The notes under the pieces: generated by a model
What the model was told of the DNA's origin: nothing
Databases searched by the model: none
The model's input: the letters and a program-made list of their open reading frames with translations, nothing else
Source of the DNA: Saprospiraceae bacterium
Lineage (GTDB): Bacteria > Bacteroidota > Bacteroidia > Chitinophagales > Saprospiraceae
NCBI GenBank assembly: GCA_020629715.1
Contig: JAHDCU010000003.1
Span: 184,879-248,878, forward strand
Direction of reading: 5' to 3'
Length of the DNA stretch: 64,000 nucleotides
Shown here: piece by piece, positions 48,276 through 58,034 of the stretch
Position numbering within the stretch: the stretch's first letter is position 1
Layout: the number at the start of each line of letters is the position of its first letter
Made by a program: the position numbers and the translations under genes

Positions 48276-49298
48276 ATGTCAAAAGTACTCGTCACTGGAG
48301 GATGTGGATATATCGGAAGTCATACGGTTATTGATCTACTTGAACAAGGCCATGAAGTCATTTCTATAGATAACGGGATCAATTCTGAAATCGATCCTAC
48401 AATTGATAGAATATTTCAGATCACGGGTAGTAAAATTATTAATCACAAGGTCGATCTATGTGATTTTGAGGATACAAATTCGGTATTTGATCTATACAAA
48501 AATATAGATACTATCATCCATTTTGCCGCTTTAAAATCAGTAGGTGATTCGGTTACTGACCCACTTGGGTATTTTCACAACAATGTCACTGGACTCATCA
48601 ATTTGCTCAAAGCTGCGGAAGCACATGGAGTATCATCGTTTATTTTTTCTAGTAGCTGCACCGTATATGGCGAGGCCGATGTTATACCTGTTACGGAGAC
48701 CACAGTTTGGAAGCCAGCGGCTTCTCCATATGGAAGATCTAAGCAAATCTGTGAGCTCATCCTTGAAGACTTTAATAAAGCCTCTCAAATGAATATTGCG
48801 GCGCTAAGGTACTTCAATCCTGCTGGCGCTCACGATTCGATTAAAATTGGTGAATCACCAAGCCAAAAGGCTCAAAATCTTGTACCTGTAATCACTGAAA
48901 CTGCTATTGGTAAAAGAGCTTCCATGACTGTATTTGGTCAAAATTATGATACTCGTGATGGTAGTTGTATAAGAGACTATATTCATATCATGGACCTTGC
49001 AGATGCCCATACTAAAGCTATGATTTTTCTCCAAAAGCATACATCAAGAGGAATACTTGAAGTCTTCAATCTTGGTACGGGTAACGGTGTGACGGTACTT
49101 GAAGCCATTTCCGCTTTTGAAGAAGTCAGTAAGTCCAAATTAAACTATATCCTTGGAGAACCTAGAGAAGGAGACGTCGTAAGTATATATGCCGATTACA
49201 AGAAAGCAGAAATGCTTCTACAATGGAACCCAAAAAGAGGTATAAAAGATATCATGGATAGTGCTTGGAAATGGGAACTAGCAAGAAATAAGAAATAA
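48276..49298 (+). CDS. galE: UDP-glucose 4-epimerase
   Basis: 340 aa. Rossmann 'VLVTGGCGYIGSH' and the catalytic 'SPYGRSK' YxxxK. Confidence 0.85.
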   Translation: MSKVLVTGGCGYIGSHTVIDLLEQGHEVISIDNGINSEIDPTIDRIFQITGSKIINHKVDLCDFEDTNSVFDLYKNIDTIIHFAALKSVGDSVTDPLGYFHNNVTGLINLLKAAEAHGVSSFIFSSSCTVYGEADVIPVTETTVWKPAASPYGRSKQICELILEDFNKASQMNIAALRYFNPAGAHDSIKIGESPSQKAQNLVPVITETAIGKRASMTVFGQNYDTRDGSCIRDYIHIMDLADAHTKAMIFLQKHTSRGILEVFNLGTGNGVTVLEAISAFEEVSKSKLNYILGEPREGDVVSIYADYKKAEMLLQWNPKRGIKDIMDSAWKWELARNKK

Positions 49299-49440
49299 CG
49301 GAATGATATTTTGCACTTTGAGTGAGATCAAAAATTTTATTATTTCAATGTGAATAGAATTTTACTTAAATGTTAAGGCGAATAAGTAGAAATACGTTAA
49401 TTTTATTAGATACAGTCATAGGGTGTCTGTAATTTCGTTG

Positions 49441-49470
49441 CCTTGTCGTTAAATCGACAAGGTTTTTTTA
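49441..49470 (+). terminator. Rho-independent terminator after galE
   Basis: 'ccttgtcg ttaaat cgacaagg' is followed by T7. The T-run overlaps the stop codon of the convergent minus-strand gene. Confidence 0.7.
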
Positions 49471-50025
49471 TTGACGATATAGAATTGCTTTTTGGATATT
49501 TTTAAGAGGAAAACTCATAACCTCTGGGATAGTATCACCTTTAATAATTTGATCTCCGGATTTTATAGCATTCTGGGTATTCGTAAAGATAATTTCATGA
49601 ATCATACTATCGCCAGACATCTGCTGGGTACTGAGCAAAATATTATTTTGTACCTCAAACATACTCAAAAGCTTACCATCAATGTAATATGCACCAAGCT
49701 CAATAGAGTTTTGTTCATCCATAAGAAAGAGTCCTTTCTTTTGATCTATTACCTTTAATCTATAGTCTCTCCTACCTTTGATAATATCTTCACCGTATAT
49801 CAAAGCCCATACGAGAGTACTATCTCGATCAGTCATCGCTATATCATAAGCCATGGGTAATGACTGCACCACCCCTTCTGAACTTATGATCTCGAGTTTA
49901 CCTTCCCAGTATCCGCACCATGAGTATGGAAATATCGTAGTATCCAATACCTCCTGAGATTGTACATTGCATATCAATACAAAAAACATTATAATCATTG
50001 ATAATATATACTTCATTTTCACCAA
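49468..50025 (-). CDS. Hypothetical secreted protein
   Basis: 185 aa. Signal peptide 'MVKMKYILSMIIMFFVLICNVQSQ'. Confidence 0.45.
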   Translation of the reverse strand: MVKMKYILSMIIMFFVLICNVQSQEVLDTTIFPYSWCGYWEGKLEIISSEGVVQSLPMAYDIAMTDRDSTLVWALIYGEDIIKGRRDYRLKVIDQKKGLFLMDEQNSIELGAYYIDGKLLSMFEVQNNILLSTQQMSGDSMIHEIIFTNTQNAIKSGDQIIKGDTIPEVMSFPLKNIQKAILYRQ

Positions 50026-50047
50026 TTTTATAGATCAATCTTATTAC

Positions 50048-52975
50048 ATGAAAGTACTACAATACTTGATCATCTGCATCTCTCTTATGCCTATCTGTCT
50101 AATCAGTCAAGATAGCTACTTTCAACAAGATGTAAAATATGTCTTAGATGCAAAATATACTGATAGCACGAGAATGATAGAGAGTTCTCTAGATTTTTAC
50201 TACAAAAACAACTCTGATCAATATCTAGATACTATTTATTTTCATCTATGGATCAACGCTTTCAGCACAAAGCAAAGTGATTTTTCAAAACAGATGTTAC
50301 GCCTTCAGAATCGTTCTTTTTACTTTTCCTCAATAGATGAGCGAGGTAACTATAAGTCTATCACCATCAAAACTCAAGAAGAAAATCTTGAAATAATCGG
50401 AACAGACTCACAGGATGAGATCATTGGAGTAGTGCTAAATCAAACTCTAGCTCCAAACTCTGAAATAACTCTTAATATTGACTATAAAGCCGTTATGCCC
50501 AAGTTATTTTCTAGACTAGGCGTAGGGGATAAAAATGTACAACTCATGCATTGGTATCCAAGAGTATGCGTATATGATAAAAAAGGGTGGCATAAAATGC
50601 CTTATTTAGCATTTGGAGAATTCTATGGTGAAATAAGTGACTTTGACATAAAATTCACTTGCAACAAAGATTACGAAATCGATGCAACCGGGCAGGCAAA
50701 ACTCTTGTCATACAACAGTCTCGATAGCACAAGTCTATATCGATTAAACGCAGAGAACGTAGTCGACTTTGCCTTAGTACTAAGCAATCAAAACGATAAA
50801 TTTCAAAGTAAACCTGTAAAATCGATAGATGGACATGAGGTTCTCCTAACCGTACGATATAATGACAATAATGAAATATGGCAAAATGCTCTCTCCTATC
50901 TGGAGGAATCTTTTAGATATATGGAATCCAATGTAGGCCCGTACCCTTACGATCAATTACGAATCATAGAAACAGAAGAACATACATGCAATGGTATGGA
51001 GTACCCATGTATCATGACCGTAAGTTGTAGCGAAGATTTTCAAGATCTCGAATATTATATTATACATGAGGTTGCTCATCAGTGGTTTTATAACATATTA
51101 GCTAGTAACGAAAGGGATGAACCATGGCTAGATGAGGGATTTGCCACTTTCTACGAAAAAAGATATACGACTGATAAATATGGTGAAGATCACTATACAA
51201 GCAAGTTACCCAATCATCAATCAGATTATGTAGTAGTAACTGCTCAACACTATGCTCTAATACAACAAATCAAAAGAAGAAAATATCAATCAGTAACTAG
51301 TAATCCAACAAAACTAGCAGCTATAAATTACGGTTTAGGAGCTTATGTAAGACCTGCCTTAGCTTATCAATATCTTGAAAGATATTTAGGTCAGAATGAA
51401 TTTGATCAAATCATGAAATCATTCATTTCAATATGGAGTCATAAACATCCAAGTACAGAAGATTTTCATAGACATTTTGAAGAAGCATGTGGCAAAGATC
51501 TTACTTGGCTTTGGCAAGATTGGGTGTCTTCTGATAAGAAGATGGACTATGCCGTAAAAGAAGTAAGCAATACGGAAATCGTATTAGAGAATAATGGAGA
51601 AATAGTTGCTCCTATCCAAATAGATCATGGCGAAAACACTTATTGGATAGATGGCTTCTCCGGTGAGCATATCATAGCTAGAGCAGAACCCAACAACTCA
51701 TTGACCATAGATCCATTGCTCAAAAGCATTGATTTTAGAGCTGAAAATAATAGCACTCTACCTCGAAAAATCAAACCGTTATTGGGTTTTAGAGGACATA
51801 ATCCTAGGTATCGAGAACTTTTTTTGATGCCTACGATTGGATATAATGCTAACGACGGATTTCTCCTTGGATTAGGTGCATTTAATAGTGGATTGGGAGT
51901 GAAAAATCTAAAGTTTGTAGTAGCTCCTTTCTTTGGGTTTAATACGAAAGAAATCGTGGGAGAAGGGTGGATAAGTTACAATCAATATCGAAAAGGTAAT
52001 AACACTGCTGGCAAACGATTAGAGTATAAATTAGGTGTAAAATCGTTTCACTTCAATCAACTGACTAATTTTGATATTGCCAATCGATATATCAAAATCG
52101 AACCTTCGATCAACTACCATTTCAATAGCGACCACAATCATCAGCAGAATAAAAAGATTGGTTATCGATATATACACTTACTTGAAGAGCTTGCGACATT
52201 TCAAAATGAAATTATATCTCAAGAATATCTCACTTCAGGGCTCCATGAATTAAATTATGAGATGAAAGATAATGGTCCTAACCAGAGATCCGCTTTTGTT
52301 TCACTAGAATATATGCGATATAATACTTTCGCAGAACGGAGTGAATCTTTCCTAAAATTGAACCTTGAGACAACTAAAGCTTGGTATTTTCAGCGAGATA
52401 AACAGATCAGCTTTAGACTGTACGGAGCATATTTTATTACCAATAGCAGAAGAGAATCCTCTAACTATAATGACATATTTACCAAGGGGTCTATCTCACT
52501 TTTTTCACAGGGATTCAATGATTATAAGTACGATGACTACAGCCTCAATAGAACAAGACAAACAGGACCTTTTAGAAATCAGATACTAAACGGTGGTGGT
52601 GGTTTCAAGACTGCACTCGGTAGTCAATTTAGAGTAGGTCAAAGCAACGACTATGCTATAAGTACCAACATCACTGTAGATCTTCCATTCAAACTTCCAC
52701 GCCTGTTGCGTCCTTTGGAAATTTTTGCTGATGCTGCTTATATTTCAACTAAAAGTGTAACCAGTCAACCCTTGGAAGGAGAATTCTTATATAGCGCAGG
52801 ACTTAGCTATACTGTAAAAATAGACCAAGAAGTGGCACTTGGTATCTATTACCCCATAGTCAACAGTCAAAATATATCAGATATCTACGATCAAAATCAA
52901 GTCAGTAGGATGAGCTTTACCCTTAACTTAAAACCATTCAATCTTTGGAATGCTAGCGATAATATCAACTTGTAA
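50048..52975 (+). CDS. M1-family zinc metallopeptidase (aminopeptidase N-like) with a long C-terminal beta-rich extension
   Basis: The HExxH-x18-E signature is 'HEVAHQWFYNILASNERDEPWLDEGFATF'. The likely start 'MKVLQYLIICISLMPICLISQ' is at 50048. The longer ORF from 49967 would overlap the upstream gene. Confidence 0.7.
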   Translation: MKVLQYLIICISLMPICLISQDSYFQQDVKYVLDAKYTDSTRMIESSLDFYYKNNSDQYLDTIYFHLWINAFSTKQSDFSKQMLRLQNRSFYFSSIDERGNYKSITIKTQEENLEIIGTDSQDEIIGVVLNQTLAPNSEITLNIDYKAVMPKLFSRLGVGDKNVQLMHWYPRVCVYDKKGWHKMPYLAFGEFYGEISDFDIKFTCNKDYEIDATGQAKLLSYNSLDSTSLYRLNAENVVDFALVLSNQNDKFQSKPVKSIDGHEVLLTVRYNDNNEIWQNALSYLEESFRYMESNVGPYPYDQLRIIETEEHTCNGMEYPCIMTVSCSEDFQDLEYYIIHEVAHQWFYNILASNERDEPWLDEGFATFYEKRYTTDKYGEDHYTSKLPNHQSDYVVVTAQHYALIQQIKRRKYQSVTSNPTKLAAINYGLGAYVRPALAYQYLERYLGQNEFDQIMKSFISIWSHKHPSTEDFHRHFEEACGKDLTWLWQDWVSSDKKMDYAVKEVSNTEIVLENNGEIVAPIQIDHGENTYWIDGFSGEHIIARAEPNNSLTIDPLLKSIDFRAENNSTLPRKIKPLLGFRGHNPRYRELFLMPTIGYNANDGFLLGLGAFNSGLGVKNLKFVVAPFFGFNTKEIVGEGWISYNQYRKGNNTAGKRLEYKLGVKSFHFNQLTNFDIANRYIKIEPSINYHFNSDHNHQQNKKIGYRYIHLLEELATFQNEIISQEYLTSGLHELNYEMKDNGPNQRSAFVSLEYMRYNTFAERSESFLKLNLETTKAWYFQRDKQISFRLYGAYFITNSRRESSNYNDIFTKGSISLFSQGFNDYKYDDYSLNRTRQTGPFRNQILNGGGGFKTALGSQFRVGQSNDYAISTNITVDLPFKLPRLLRPLEIFADAAYISTKSVTSQPLEGEFLYSAGLSYTVKIDQEVALGIYYPIVNSQNISDIYDQNQVSRMSFTLNLKPFNLWNASDNINL

Positions 52976-53052
52976 AGACAAAGAGCATAAATTGATCTTC
53001 ACTTCATCTACCTAAGTATTATCTTCGCACATGTCAAAATAAACCTTGCGTT

Positions 53053-54717
53053 ATGAGATCATTGTGGATTATGCTTTTGTCACTAACAATATGTGTATTT
53101 AGTATTGGACAGAATACTGTCGGTCTACTTTCATATAATCAGTTTTTATCCCAAGATGGATACAACTTAATCTATCCGCATAATCAACCTAATGTATACC
53201 TACTTGACAACTGTGGTGAAATTGTGCATACATGGACGGACGGTGCCGATTTCAGACCTGGTAACACGGCATATATCACAGAGGAAGGCTTACTCTATAA
53301 AACAAAAAGACCTGCTGCAGTTGCCAACGATCCCATATGGGCTGGCGGCGGTGGTGCTATCCTAGAAATCAGAGATTGGGATAATAATCTCATCTGGGAT
53401 TTCGAAATGAATGATAGCATCAATAGATTGCATCATGACTTTGCCATCACAGAAGAAGGGACCATAATAGCGCTCGCTTGGGAATATAAAAACACAGAAG
53501 AGTGCATAGCCGCAGGGCGAGATACTTCAACCCTAGCTCAAAAAGATATGTGGCCAGATTGGGTTTTTGAAATCGACCCAGAATCTGATGAAATCATCTG
53601 GGAATGGCATGCTTGGGATCATCTAGTACAAGATTTTGATAATACCAAAGGTAATTTTGGGGTAGTCGCTAGTGAGCCAAGAAAGATAGATGTCAATTTC
53701 GGTCGTGTAGATGGGCATCCAGATTGGATGCATGCCAATTCTTTGGATTATAATCCTACCCTCGATCAAATATTATTGAGCGTTCCATACTTCAATGAGG
53801 TCTTGATTATCGATCATAGCACGACTACAGAAGAAGCGGCTGGAAGCACGGGAGGATTTGCTAATCAAGGCGGTGATTTATTGTATAGATGGGGCAATCC
53901 ATTGGTCTATGACCAAGGTGATAGTACCGATCAAAAGCTATTTTTTCAACATGATGCGCATTGGGTTGATGATTTTGTAGAGCCATTTGCTCCATACACC
54001 AATCAAATCGCAGTGTTTAATAATCGGGTTGGAACTGACTTTTCTACGGTCAATATCTTCAATCCTAGCTGGGATATGTATGACTCCGCTTATCCCTTTG
54101 ACGGAAACACCTTTGGTCCCAACGAATTTACGATAACCAAGACGCATCCCGATTCACAACAACTGTATTCTACAGGACTATCAAGCGTCCAAGTATTACG
54201 AAATGGGAACTTCTTGATCGCGTCAGGTAGGTTTGGTTATAGTTTTGAAATGACACCTGATGATGAGATCGTATGGGAGTACAAGACACCAATCATGGGA
54301 GGTGCCGCAGTACCTCAATACTCTGAATTATCAATTAACAATAATCTGACTTTCCGTATGGATCGTTATCCACTCGACTACCCTGCTTTTGAAGGAAAAG
54401 ATCTTACGCCAAAAGGATGGATTGAACTAGAACCCGACGAAGACTATTGTGGAGAACTGACAAATGTAGCCGAAGTCATGATCGAGGATGCATTTTCTAT
54501 TTTCCCAAATCCTGCTCGCGATATGATCACCATCACTTGGGATGGTATGATGGAAGCACAATTTATGATGACAGATCTGAGTGGAAAATTAGTCAAGAAA
54601 TTTGATGGAAGCGGTGGACGTAAATTTATCAAAACAGACGAGCTAGAGTCGGGTGTCTATCTGATCAGTATCATGACTGAGGATGAAAATTATACTCAGA
54701 AGTTGATTATTCAGTAG
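53053..54717 (+). CDS. Arylsulfotransferase (ASST)-like beta-propeller protein with a T9SS C-terminal sorting domain
   Basis: 554 aa. Signal peptide. An 'INRLHHDFAI' His-rich motif is present. The C-terminal Por_Secre_tail ends '...SGVYLISIMTEDENYTQKLIIQ'. Confidence 0.45.
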   Translation: MRSLWIMLLSLTICVFSIGQNTVGLLSYNQFLSQDGYNLIYPHNQPNVYLLDNCGEIVHTWTDGADFRPGNTAYITEEGLLYKTKRPAAVANDPIWAGGGGAILEIRDWDNNLIWDFEMNDSINRLHHDFAITEEGTIIALAWEYKNTEECIAAGRDTSTLAQKDMWPDWVFEIDPESDEIIWEWHAWDHLVQDFDNTKGNFGVVASEPRKIDVNFGRVDGHPDWMHANSLDYNPTLDQILLSVPYFNEVLIIDHSTTTEEAAGSTGGFANQGGDLLYRWGNPLVYDQGDSTDQKLFFQHDAHWVDDFVEPFAPYTNQIAVFNNRVGTDFSTVNIFNPSWDMYDSAYPFDGNTFGPNEFTITKTHPDSQQLYSTGLSSVQVLRNGNFLIASGRFGYSFEMTPDDEIVWEYKTPIMGGAAVPQYSELSINNNLTFRMDRYPLDYPAFEGKDLTPKGWIELEPDEDYCGELTNVAEVMIEDAFSIFPNPARDMITITWDGMMEAQFMMTDLSGKLVKKFDGSGGRKFIKTDELESGVYLISIMTEDENYTQKLIIQ

Positions 54718-54986
54718 AGTCATAAAATTAACCATTAGAAAATAGCTTATTACCTTAGAACCATAGGACTAAACCTAAAATATTAATGATAAAGATTATT
54801 TTGCTATTACAATTTTGGTTATCAAATCCTACAATAAATTTTAATAATTATTCAATTGAAAACTAGGAACTCCTCAAAGATTCAATTGAAATAGGAACCA
54901 TTGAAATTAAAAGACCCAATGGGACTGAAATTTGAAATATTACCTCAGGAAATTTTTCTATTGATAAACTTCATCAAAGGTATAGA

Positions 54987-55244
54987 ATGAATTTTTGGAT
55001 AGAATCAGACGGTGATCATGTCCAAAAATTAGATGATACGGGTGAAACAGCAGTTATATTTGAAATCAAATTACCATTCGAAACTTATCCAAGCTTCCAT
55101 GAAGTTTGGAAGTATAAACATGTAGATTTTAAATATACGATAGAGGAAGATTTTGGCGATGATTCTAAGAGTGGTTATTGGGATAATTTTTACTACTATT
55201 CTCACGAATCTTTAGAAAAAATAAAAATGGAAATTCTACAGTAA
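54987..55244 (+). CDS. Hypothetical small acidic protein
   Basis: 85-aa ORF with no recognisable motif. Confidence 0.3.
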   Translation: MNFWIESDGDHVQKLDDTGETAVIFEIKLPFETYPSFHEVWKYKHVDFKYTIEEDFGDDSKSGYWDNFYYYSHESLEKIKMEILQ

Positions 55245-55382
55245 GGAGAATACCATTTTATACAAGTAACTGGTGAAATGTCTGACCCAATTGATTGGGA
55301 ACTAGGTAAAGGCGTATTTTACCGTATCTGTTGATAATAGATCATAACCATTACCTGAGCTGACTAATGGACTACCATCTTG

Positions 55383-56405
55383 TCAGAAACCTTGGCTTAC
55401 ATGCTTACATTCTTCAATGGATTCTTTGATGGTACTTTGCTGCGCTAAAAAGTGTTCATAATGACGAATACCTGTCACTCCTGCATAAACATTATCTACC
55501 TGTCCTTGAAAACCATGAGGAAAATCATTCCAAGGAATATTACTTCTAGTAAACCTAGAGAGTACTGGCTTGTATCCATCATTGGAAAGACAACTTTCAT
55601 CACGATATCCATGATAGCTTTTAAATCCTGGATCACTAAATAGCCTAACTTGCTCCTCACAAGCTAAATCTAGCTTTTCAATGTTGTTGATATAAAAATC
55701 GTATAGATTTGATTGGCAATAGTTGTAAATTCCGCAATCAACAAAGATTGCATTATAGAGCAGATCGTCCTCTTCACAATCATATACATAGATCGTATGA
55801 TACACATTCACCTTGGGTGCATTTACAAATTGACCATCCTTTGCTGTAGTAGCAAACCAATACATCTCTTTGGGCATACGATATACATAACCCTCTGAAA
55901 AATTTCTCAATGCTGGGTATTCACCTGGATGAGGCTCGTAAATATCATTTTCATTTAGATCTGCAAAATGGGCTAAATTCATTACACTTAGTTCATCATC
56001 CCAAGAATTCATATGACTATTCCCTTTCGAAGGCCAATAGAAGATATCTTCTATCGGATGATCAATCCTACCATCGTCTTTAAAATCTTCGATATGCTTA
56101 AAAATATCTTCTCGGGTCACCTTAAATACTTCATCCTCAAAAGCACTCAAGCCATCTCCATACCGCATACCACCATGTAGATGAGGTAAATAATCAGTAA
56201 GTCGATTATTCTCAACGATCAACGGTCGTCCCGAAAATATATCAGTGCCATACATAATCAGACCTGATGAGGAAAGAAAATTAATCTCCTCATGCCCTTT
56301 TTTGTAAAAAGCTGGATTACCATTCTGGTCTTGGAATATTCTACCATCAGAGCTAATGCTAAGAATTAGATTATTATCATGGATCCTAATGGTTGACTTG
56401 TCCAA
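55383..56405 (-). CDS. Hypothetical protein
   Basis: 340 aa and soluble. No recognisable motif. Confidence 0.4.
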   Translation of the reverse strand: MDKSTIRIHDNNLILSISSDGRIFQDQNGNPAFYKKGHEEINFLSSSGLIMYGTDIFSGRPLIVENNRLTDYLPHLHGGMRYGDGLSAFEDEVFKVTREDIFKHIEDFKDDGRIDHPIEDIFYWPSKGNSHMNSWDDELSVMNLAHFADLNENDIYEPHPGEYPALRNFSEGYVYRMPKEMYWFATTAKDGQFVNAPKVNVYHTIYVYDCEEDDLLYNAIFVDCGIYNYCQSNLYDFYINNIEKLDLACEEQVRLFSDPGFKSYHGYRDESCLSNDGYKPVLSRFTRSNIPWNDFPHGFQGQVDNVYAGVTGIRHYEHFLAQQSTIKESIEECKHVSQGF

Positions 56406-56583
56406 TCAGTATGGCCTGGACATAAAATATAAATAACATCAAAGCGCATAATCCCTTCATTCAATGAAAATAAGCATTCAATAGTCTCCTATGCTTTATC
56501 TTAACTCTTCAGAAGTCGCGAATGAGTATTGATGTTATCAAAACTCATTTAGGTTATCTAATTCCTAATTGAATCGGTCTATT

Positions 56584-56940
56584 CTATGCCGCTCTTTTAC
56601 TCCTTCTGCTTATGGCATTGCTTAAAACCTTCACAGTACTTTGAGCGCTTGATTTATCATCAGAGGTAAATTTTATGCCCATAATTGCACTCATAAAAAG
56701 TGGTACGGCTAAAAAGGCTAAGTAATAGTAGCCAGTGGTAAACCCAATCAATACGACTGCCATCATTAAATAAAATCTAATCAATACGGTCGAAAAAGAT
56801 GCTTCAAATAATTTCATAATACTATTGTTTGTTTGATAATCTAAAGATCTTATATCAACTACAGAGATTAACTGATCTGGGTCATCACCCGACATGATAT
56901 TAATCAATGACACATTACGGGATTCTCCAACATCTGCCAA
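56584..56940 (-). CDS. Small membrane protein at the end of the cbb3 cluster. Its start is uncertain and probably an internal Met.
   Basis: The ORF overlaps the upstream gene by 37 nt. It has two TM helices. A likely start is 'MKLFEASFSTVLIRFYL'. Confidence 0.35.
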   Translation of the reverse strand: MADVGESRNVSLINIMSGDDPDQLISVVDIRSLDYQTNNSIMKLFEASFSTVLIRFYLMMAVVLIGFTTGYYYLAFLAVPLFMSAIMGIKFTSDDKSSAQSTVKVLSNAISRRSKRAA

Positions 56941-57602
56941 AAATCAAGCTCCCTCGGGATGCCTATATGCATTGCATGATATATCAAAAACAAGCCGAAA
57001 CATACACCAAAATATAGGTGTAGTGATCTAAGCCTAGCTATCATGTGCTTGGGAATATATCGCCAGACCATAGAAAGTGTAAATAATAATGGAACCGTGC
57101 CCAATCCGAAGCATAACATAAATAATGAACTCTCTAACAGATCAGAAGTCGTCAATGCACCTGCAAGAGCAACATATACTAGGCCACATGGTAGTAAGCC
57201 ATTGATAAATCCAATAACCAGAGGGCTTGAGTAACCCAATCTCTGATATAAAGAACTAATAAAATGTGATACTAATCCTTCTATCTTGGATAGAATGCTA
57301 AACTTAAGTGTGATACTAGGGGCTATCCGTGTAACGAAATAGAGTAATACTCCAAGCCCAAGAATTAAGTTACTGACTTTTTGTACCCCAGTGATATATA
57401 CAAACTCTCCGACTAAACCTATCAAAACACCTAAGATGATATACGTACTCAATCGTCCAGTATGATACCATAATGTGGATCGTAGAGCTTGCCAATAATT
57501 ATTGTGACCGTGCTGAGCAGCACTTAATGCTAAAGGACCACACATTCCAAGACAGTGCAAACTACCTACAAGACCCAAACTTATTGCAGTAATATATATC
57601 AT
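56904..57602 (-). CDS. TauE/SafE-like membrane protein associated with the cbb3 cluster
   Basis: 232 aa with about 7 TM helices. The N-terminal 'GSLHCLGMCGP' motif is typical of the TauE-like proteins found next to ccoGH in Bacteroidota. Confidence 0.5.
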   Translation of the reverse strand: MIYITAISLGLVGSLHCLGMCGPLALSAAQHGHNNYWQALRSTLWYHTGRLSTYIILGVLIGLVGEFVYITGVQKVSNLILGLGVLLYFVTRIAPSITLKFSILSKIEGLVSHFISSLYQRLGYSSPLVIGFINGLLPCGLVYVALAGALTTSDLLESSLFMLCFGLGTVPLLFTLSMVWRYIPKHMIARLRSLHLYFGVCFGLFLIYHAMHIGIPRELDFWQMLENPVMCH

Positions 57603-58027
57603 AAAACTACGAACTCAAGTTTGGATCTGTAAGCAGTATCATGGGACTTGTATCTTACTTGAAGTTTCCATTTTCCCTTTAACATAGTTGACAGATCCAT
57701 GATCTCATCATGACCATCTAGATCTAATTCCACATGATAGTCTTGGCTCTGATCAGACGGTCTATAGAAGTATAAATCTACCCGCCCTACCGAATTATCA
57801 AAAGGACTTACTCTTAGATCATTAGATGAGCTTAAATGATCGATCTTTAGTTTGGGATTTTTTACGTGATTGCTAAGTTCCTCGTATTCAGACTGATATG
57901 CTAAATCAAGCTTATAATAATCCTTATCCACTAACGAATGATCTACTCCAAAGGAGAGTATCAATACAGTAAATAAGGCTGCTGCAAAACATATATAGAA
58001 GATGAGTATTCCGTGATTCCATTTCAT
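57599..58027 (-). CDS. ccoH: FixH/CcoH-family protein
   Basis: The start at 'MKWNHGILIFYICFAAALFTVL' (58027) avoids overlap with ccoG, whose stop is at 58035. A single TM is followed by a periplasmic FixH-like domain. Confidence 0.6.
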   Translation of the reverse strand: MKWNHGILIFYICFAAALFTVLILSFGVDHSLVDKDYYKLDLAYQSEYEELSNHVKNPKLKIDHLSSSNDLRVSPFDNSVGRVDLYFYRPSDQSQDYHVELDLDGHDEIMDLSTMLKGKWKLQVRYKSHDTAYRSKLEFVVL

Positions 58028-58034
58028 AGTTTCA

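Noticed and set aside
49967-50047. A 5' extension of the M1 peptidase ORF
   Set aside because: The extension overlaps the upstream convergent gene. A proper signal peptide begins at the internal Met at 50048.
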